Made by a program: the position numbers and the translations under genes. A stretch of 41,293 nt of DNA from Fonticula-like sp. SCN 57-25 (taxonomy: Eukaryota): assembly GCA_001724245.1 (NCBI GenBank), contig MEDX01000028.1, positions 1 to 41,293 on the forward strand, written 5' to 3'. The notes under the pieces were generated by a model. It did not search any database and had not been told where the DNA came from. It saw only the letters and a program-made list of their open reading frames with translations. Positions 34,812-41,293 of the stretch are shown piece by piece (within the stretch, counting starts at the first letter, position 1; each line of letters begins with the position of its first letter).

Positions 34812-36151
34812 TTAAAAGTAGAGCTGCCTGTGGCTATTTATAACGACCGCCTGCAGCGCCCCCTTGAACACGTCCAGCCTCGCGTCCGCCAGCAGCTTCA
34901 ACTGCCCCTCGGCGACCAATGGAAAACCGCCATCCAGCGCGCCGCTTCCCGCGCTCACAAGCACAGGAATGTTCCTTTCGAGCGCCAGCCTATAAACAAG
35001 CATGTTTCGCTCCTGCATTGTGACACGTGATAGGCCGAGCGGCGAGCTGATGCTGCAGAGGGATTCGACGCCGGGGCGGTAGACGATCAGTTCGGGGCGG
35101 ACTGTTTCGATGACGTCTTGAAGGGCGGTCGTGACGGCCGACATGTAAAGGTGGTCGGGCGTGCCAGCCTGTAAATATTACACATTAGATATGAGGCAAA
35201 GTGCAAACTGCGAATTAAATGTACCTTGCATTCGACGAAAAAGTCGCAGGGGGATTGGCCAGCGCCGGCGCCGTCAGAGTGTATTGAAAAGGTGTAGATG
35301 GAGCCGTCGCCGGACTTTGATATCTCTGTATCATACAAAGTAAGTAAATTTGATATAAAGTATTCAAATAGCTGAATAGGGACGTGCCTCGGGCGGCGGT
35401 GCACGTCACGGAAGGATAGTCGGCGCTGAGGTCGCAGACGAGGATGCGCTTGTAGAGGCCTTCGTGAAGCGCAGACGCTGTTAAAAAGCGCCAAATTAGC
35501 ACCCTTTTTGCTCTTTTTACGCATCAATTATAGTAAAAGTCGTACCACATGCGATGGCGACGTCGTCAAAGAGGCTTGCGTCGATGCTGAGGTTGTCCGG
35601 GAACGGCCTCGGGCTGCCGCCCACGAGGTTTCCCGCGATCTGCTCGCCGCTTTTGAGTGCGCGCACCGCCTGCAGCGCACCGCCCACCGTGCACAGGTGA
35701 TGACGCAGCTCGGCCTCGCCGCCGCGCGTCGCCAGCGGGCCGATGGTCGCGTCAGGGATCGCCCCATCTGGGCCGCCGAGGAGTGCAATGTCGCTCCCGC
35801 AGCTCAGCAGGCGCGCCTTTTTTGGCATCGAGCGGAGCGCGTCGAGCGTGCACGGCTCGGCGGGCGACACCACAAAGCCGGGGATCGTCTATTTCGCGCA
35901 GAAAGTGTGAGAAAAGATCGCGATCGGCGGGGGATCGCGGCGCACCTCGAGCTCCTCGCGGACTTGGCTATAGAGCGCATGGGGGGCATCGCCATCGCTC
36001 TTGTTGGCGGGATATCGCGCATGATCGGAAAAGAAAACGGGCTTTATGAAAGATGGACACACATATTGTTAGTGCGAAAGGAAAGAAACAATGAATGTCG
36101 GCGTACCACGCGGCGCGCGGGCATGCGCCCCGCCAGCGCCCGGACCCACAT
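34812..36151 (-). CDS. Degenerate class IV (HDAC11-like) histone deacetylase-fold protein, probably catalytically inactive
   Basis: The HDAC scaffold is recognisable: TVGGALQAVRAL...AGNLVGG...LFDDVAIA, RILVCDL, IYTFSIH, RPELIVYRPGVESL and ERNMLVYRLALERNIPVLVSAG. About 6 exons with GT-AG introns, starting MWVRALAGRMPARRV. Confidence 0.75.
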
Positions 36152-36362
36152 TCAGGCCAACCCCAGATGATTGCAAAGTGCAAATCGCAAACTGCAAACT
36201 GGGATTTGTCAGCCCCAGACTCGCCGGTTTCGCAATCATCGATCATCAGCGACGTCGCGAGGTCGCTTGGCGGCGTTGGCAGTTTGCGAGCGGATCTCTG
36301 CCACGACGGTAGACGCGTATTTTTGTGCTAGTAATTTGCGTTTTTATTGAGCATTTATTACC

Positions 36363-38935
36363 ATGGAGGACGCTGCTCAGGACTGCGTCGTTTGCCGCGA
36401 GCCTATCCGGTACTATCTGCTCGGCCCTTGCGATCATCGCCACACGTGCCACCTGTGCGGCCTGCGCATGCGCGCCTTGTACGAGACCAAGACATGCCCT
36501 TATTGCAAGCTTGAGGCTCCCAAGGCGATATTCACGTCGGACCCGTCGACGCCGTTTAATTTGATACGGCTAGGGACGATGCATGAGCATCGAAAACTGC
36601 AGATCTTTTGCGAAACGCCCGAGCTGCTGCGCGAGGTGGAGCATTTGCTACAGTTCAATTGCCCGGACTGCGGTACTTCATGCAAAAGAAAAGACGAGCT
36701 TAACCAGCATATCAAGAAAGAGCATCCAAAGCTGAGTTTATGGTGCGTCTCGATTGTTCTCTTTTTAGTGTGATTCCATTGCTGATCCGATGCTGACGCA
36801 GCCACATTTGCGTTGACAATCGCAAGTACTTTTTCCACGAGCACAAGCTGTACACGCAGTCTCAGCTTGACCGCCACCGCCGCGAGGGCGACCCGGACGA
36901 CCGCTCTTTCCGCGGCCATCGCCAGTGCCCGTTCTGCCGCAAGTGGGTGTTTGCCGACTCTGAGTACTACGACCACATGGAGCAGAACCACCACTTTTGC
37001 TTCATCTGCCGCCACGAGGGCAAGTTTGATCAGCACTACGCCGACTATCCCGCTCTCGTACGTAATTTGAAGCCGTGAAAGTTTCATTTTTGTGTGAGCT
37101 GAAGATCATGTTGCCTCGTCGTTTATTGTTTCACGTCGTTCCGTGTCGATAATTATGAAATCCACGTCATTTCAATGCCATTTTCATGTCATTTTCATTG
37201 TTTAGCATTTTTCATTGTTTTTTCCTCTCTTCTAACACTTTTTCTTCAGGAACGCCACTTTGAGCAAGCCCACTTTCTGTGCACCGACCCTCTCTGCCGC
37301 AACCAGTACATGGCCTTCAAGACCGAGCTCGACCTCAAGGCCCACCACACGCAAGTCCACCTCCCCGGCCTCAAGCTGTCACGTGCCCAAGAGCGCCAGC
37401 TTCGCCAGGTCGACCTCGGCTTTTCGTACGGCGCGCCCGGCCCGACCGGCGGCCGCGAAAGCCGCGAAAGCCGCGAGCAGCGCCGCGGGCCGTCTCGCCA
37501 GTCGCAGCATCAGCAGAACCAGCAGAACCAGCAGAATCAGGCACAAAATCAGCAGAATCAGCAGCAAAGGGCGCAGCAGCGTGAGCAGCAGCGCGAGCAG
37601 CGCGAGCTAAAGGCGGAAGAGGAGCGCGCTGCTGCTCGCGCTGCCGAGGCACAAAAGCTGACATGGGAAGAGCCGATTTATGTTGTCGCGTCAAACAATT
37701 CGTCGCGCGTTTCGTCGCCGACGGCGGCGTCGGCGGCAGCCGCGGCGGCCGCAATGGACGCGTGGGACGCGCCGTCTGCAAGTGAACTGCCGTCAACTGC
37801 AAGCAGCAGCAAGACAGTTCGACCGCCGCCCGGATTTGGCGCGCCACCTGGCCTCGCCCCTTCTGCTTCTTCTTCTTCTGCTTCAGCGCCGCCACCTGGT
37901 CTGCCGACCGGCCCACAGCGCAAAGAAAATGCGCGCCCGTCGGTCAAGACGCGCGCGCCCGCCGGTTTTGGCCAGCTTTCCACGACCGTTGCGGGTCCGA
38001 CGCGCGCGTCACGTGTGTCGGGATGGGACGACGACGAAGAAGAATTCGAACCTTTGCCGCCGCCGACGGAGAAATCATCAGAAGCATCTTCAGATGATTT
38101 GTTGCAGGCAGAGGACAGTGACTTGCGACTTGACCGCGAGCGTCAGCGCCAGCGCGCGTCATCACTGACGTCATCAACGTCTGCTTCTGCTTCGCCCGCG
38201 TCGCCCGCCGCGCCCGCCGCGACGCCGCTTATGCAGCGCAAAAACAATGAACTTATGGACCGCGTGCGCCAAGCGCTCGACAACCGCGAAGAATTTGTTA
38301 GTCAATTCCGCTCGGCATCGCGCGCATTTCAGCAGGGAACGACCGACGCGGCCACTTTTTACCGCTTTTACGTCGCGACGCTCGGGCCGAGCGCGTCGGC
38401 GCTCTTCCCACTGCTCGTTGAAGCACTTCCGGATGAGGCAAAGCGCAGTGAATTGTTGCGTGCAGAGGCCGACTGGAAGGCTGGTCGCAAGCCTTCTTCT
38501 TCTTCAGGTTCATCTTCAGGTGGTTCTTCAAGTGCTTCTGGCCAGAAAAAGGCGAAAATTCTTGTTTTGCGGCCGACCGCCGGCTCTGCTTTCGTCTCAA
38601 AAGGCAAAGGTGCCGCTGCGGCGCCGCGCGCGGCCGACCCCTGGGAGACGCAAAAACTCCAACAAAGTCTGCTCAAGCGTTGCACTGTCTGCAGCGCCCC
38701 AGTGTCTGTGCGCGACTATGACTGGCACTTGGCATCTCACATTGGCGGGTCGTCTTCCGGGTCGCGGCCAGTGACGCCAGTGACGCCCGTTGATGAGAGC
38801 GCGTTCCCTGCGCTCGGCGGGAAGCAGGCGGCCGCGCCGGTCGGGTGGGTCGGGAGGAACGGCGGCGGGGCGGCGGCGCCGTCGGCGGATATGTTTCCGG
38901 CGCTGCCGACAAAGGGGAAGGCGCCGAGGAAATAG
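36363..38935 (+). CDS. ZNF598: RING/C2H2 E3 ubiquitin ligase ZNF598/Hel2 (ribosome quality control)
   Basis: RING CVVCREPI...GPCDHRHTCHLCGLRMRALYETKTCPYCK, C2H2 fingers, FRGHRQCPFC...HMEQNHHFCFIC, HFLCTDPLC, and a PAH-like domain RKNNELMDRV...LVEALPDEAKRSELL. Confidence 0.92.
37510..37566 (+). repeat. Coding 9-nt tandem repeat (CAGCAGAAY, encoding QQN) within ZNF598
   Basis: cagcagaac cagcagaac cagcagaat caggcacaaaat cagcagaat cagcag. Confidence 0.8.
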
Positions 38936-39304
38936 AAGAGTGGCGCAGTTTTGTATAACGAGGATGTATTTAAAGATATAATGAACTATTTTGATTAGAT
39001 ATCGGCTCGGGATACTTGGAAAGTGGGGTGAATATGTGGATTTAGGCGTTGAATGGTGTGTTTTATAAGTCAAAAATGAACGAAAGAGAAGCAAAATTTT
39101 CAATAATGGGGCAATTTTGGATATAAAAAGCACATTGTCAGTGCTATTTTTCTATCGTTTTCATTTCTATACATGCATTTTTGCATGCACTTTTGTATAC
39201 AACGCTTACACACACTGTACGTTCCGTTTCCACGCTCAATTTTTATCAGATGCAAACTGATCTTAGTTTGCAGTGTTTCAAGCTGTCGTCATCCCCCCTG
39301 CGCG

Positions 39305-41293
39305 ATGTCGAGCGTCGAGCGGCCCCGCTGGCTGCTGCTCTACGCCTCGCTCGCCGTCCTTCGCGTGCTTCTCTCCGTTCTTCAAGGCGGATACGTCCAC
39401 GCGGACGAGTTTTTTCAGTCGCCCGAGCCGATATCGGGCGCCCTCTTTGGGTATCGCGTGCATTACGCCTGGGAGTGGCGGGATGGCCCGCACGGGATCA
39501 GCCGCAGCGCAGTCATTCCTCTATTGAATAGCGGCCTTCCCTTGTGGCTTCTTCAGCAGACCCGCCTCGCCGACAATGCGTGGGCGCTGCTCATCATCCC
39601 GCGTCTATTCAGCGTACTGTGGTCGTTTGCGATTGACGTGTGCGTCGTGCTGCTGTGCCGCCGCGCAGGGATGCCGACGCGCACGCCGCTTCTCCTGCTC
39701 GCATCCTCGTACGTAATGTGCGTCTTTTGCGGCCGCCCGTTCTCGAACGGTGCCGAAGCAGTCGTCCTGATGCTCTCTCTCGTCGCGGCCGCGCATCGCC
39801 ACTCGTTCCTCTTTGGCATCCTGTGCGCCATCGGCGTCTTTACGCGCGTCACCTTCCCCGCCTTTGCACTCCCCATCGGCGTCGCGCTCCTCTACGACGC
39901 CCTTTCGCGCCGCCGCATTTTCCTCTGCGCTTTCTCAATCGCCTCTGGCGCGCTCTTTGCCACCGCCCTGTGCGTCGCCGCCGACAGCGCCTTTTTCGGC
40001 CGCCCCTTCCTCGCCGCCCCCCTCAACAACGCCCTCTACAACGCACAGTCAGCACACCTCGCCGACCACGTGCTCCACCCGCGCTACGTCCACGTGCTCC
40101 TCAACCTCCCCATGCTCTTTTCTCCCGCCGCACCGCTGTGGCTCGCCTGGCGCGCCCTTTCCGGCGTCCGCCGCTGGCTCGCCGCCCTCAACGACCTCCA
40201 GCGCGTCTGCCTCGCCGTGATTACGTCATCTTTGCTAATTTTGTCGGCGATTCCGCACCAAGAGCCGCGCTTTCTCGTCCCGCTGGCGGCGCCGCTCGCC
40301 ATCGTCGCTGCTAGTGATAGCATTGTGACACGCGCAGGGCCGGCGGCCGTCGCTTTGTGGATTGCGTTCAATGTGATTGGTGGAATTGGGTATGGCCACG
40401 TGCACCAGGGCGGGCTTGTGCCTGCGCTTGTGTATGTGCGGCAGAGTGTCATTGAGGGGCGGGTGGCGGCGACGGAAATTCAAGTAGTTAGGGAAGTGAT
40501 GAGGGGGTTGCCGGGGGCGGAAGAAGGGATAAATATGCTGAAAAGTGATTGGAAAGGGGTGAAAAGTGGTGATTTGGAGGCGATTTGTGGTGATTTAGAG
40601 ACGATTTGTGAAGAATTTGCGTCAATTTGCACTGAATTGACTGTCAAATGCGATGCATTGGCGACAATTTCCGGTGATCTAGCGACTGTTTCAAATGAAG
40701 TATCGACAATTTCAGGCGAATTGGCGACTACTTCTAATGAGTTGTCAACCATTTCCGGTGAATTATCAACAATTTCAGGTGATTTGGCTGTCCAATCAGA
40801 AACATTACCGAGCGAAATTACCTATGAACTTTCCCCCCTCACCACCGCCCTCGAGCTCATCACCGCCCTTTCCCTCATCCGCCACGCACATTCCTCCACT
40901 TCCCTATCACCCATATTAACCGCCGCCGTCGCCGCTCGCCTTCCTTTTATTTCCCTCTTCTTCTGGCACACTTATATGCCGCCGCGTTACCTTTTAGCGC
41001 GCCGCGACGACCGCGTCAAAATTACCGACCTTTCAGGCGCGCCAGCACAAGAACTCGCCACTGAATTGGCCACGTGGCGTGAATCAGCGATGGCCACGTG
41101 GAATGAATCGTCACGTGATAATGCGCGTGCTTTTCTGTTTGCGCCCGCGACGGCGCCCATGGACGAGCTGGCGGCGGCGTGCGGTAATAGTTGTGGTCGG
41201 CTTGAAGTGATTGAGAGGTTTGCGCCTCACGTGACCATGGAGCATTTTGGGAGGTATTTTGAGATGGGAATGCGGCCTGGGCTCTTTCAGCTT
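39305..41293 (+). CDS. PIGZ: GPI mannosyltransferase IV (PIG-Z/Smp3); open to the window end, 3' partial
   Basis: Frame from ATG 39305 carries GYVHADEFFQSPE...YAWEW, RPFSN..E, GVFTRVTFPAF, PLNNALYN...HVLHPRYVHVLLNLPMLF, IPHQEPRFLVPL, HQGGLVP and FWHTYMPPRYLL. It is absent from the ORF track, presumably because no stop occurs before the window end. Confidence 0.92.
   Translation, partial: MSSVERPRWLLLYASLAVLRVLLSVLQGGYVHADEFFQSPEPISGALFGYRVHYAWEWRDGPHGISRSAVIPLLNSGLPLWLLQQTRLADNAWALLIIPRLFSVLWSFAIDVCVVLLCRRAGMPTRTPLLLLASSYVMCVFCGRPFSNGAEAVVLMLSLVAAAHRHSFLFGILCAIGVFTRVTFPAFALPIGVALLYDALSRRRIFLCAFSIASGALFATALCVAADSAFFGRPFLAAPLNNALYNAQSAHLADHVLHPRYVHVLLNLPMLFSPAAPLWLAWRALSGVRRWLAALNDLQRVCLAVITSSLLILSAIPHQEPRFLVPLAAPLAIVAASDSIVTRAGPAAVALWIAFNVIGGIGYGHVHQGGLVPALVYVRQSVIEGRVAATEIQVVREVMRGLPGAEEGINMLKSDWKGVKSGDLEAICGDLETICEEFASICTELTVKCDALATISGDLATVSNEVSTISGELATTSNELSTISGELSTISGDLAVQSETLPSEITYELSPLTTALELITALSLIRHAHSSTSLSPILTAAVAARLPFISLFFWHTYMPPRYLLARRDDRVKITDLSGAPAQELATELATWRESAMATWNESSRDNARAFLFAPATAPMDELAAACGNSCGRLEVIERFAPHVTMEHFGRYFEMGMRPGLFQL
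40568..40798 (+). repeat. Degenerate 21-nt (heptad) tandem repeat, 11 units, inside the PIG-Z coding frame
   Basis: GDLEAIC GDLETIC EEFASIC TELTVKC DALATIS GDLATVS NEVSTIS GELATTS NELSTIS GELSTIS GDLAVQS. Confidence 0.85.

Noticed and set aside
38680-38740. C-terminal CxxC...HxxxH finger in ZNF598
   Set aside because: Animal ZNF598 has a comparable C-terminal finger after the PAH-like domain, so it is not novel.
1-41293. tRNA, rRNA, transposase, retroelement or prokaryotic defence system
   Set aside because: None recognised. Almost all sequence is accounted for by spliced housekeeping genes and short intergenic regions.

Overview
A compact, GC-rich eukaryotic window holding about 21 intron-containing protein-coding genes. 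Most introns are 45-70 nt, with GT(A/G)CG(C/T) donors and CT(A/G)A(C/T) branch points, and many genes sit head-to-head only 125-290 bp apart. In order: TGL3-type patatin lipase (5' partial), CRAMP1/TKI1-domain protein, DHHC palmitoyltransferase, DHTKD1, Paf1, translin, Ypd1-type HPt protein, Dbp5/DDX19, Ytm1/WDR12, KIF15-type kinesin-12, FAHD1, small NFRKB-type DEUBAD protein, PHF10-like double-PHD protein, RPS28, RPLP2, TAF8, TMEM181, Rax2-like membrane protein, degenerate class IV HDAC, ZNF598/Hel2 and PIG-Z (3' partial). The mix of fungal-type genes (Rax2, Ypd1) with genes budding yeast lacks suggests an early-branching holomycotan or another unicellular opisthokont (inference). The most notable oddities are: a heptad-repeat insertion in PIG-Z bracketed by a long imperfect inverted repeat; a C2H2 zinc finger fused to Dbp5; a catalytically dead HDAC11-like protein; a Rax2-SH3 fusion; FAHD1 ending in a PTS1; a candidate box C/D snoRNA between two divergent ribosomal-protein genes with long structured introns; and a recurrent CAGTTTGCA motif near start codons. 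All family calls come from recognising motifs by eye. No database search was run, and exon boundaries are manual predictions.
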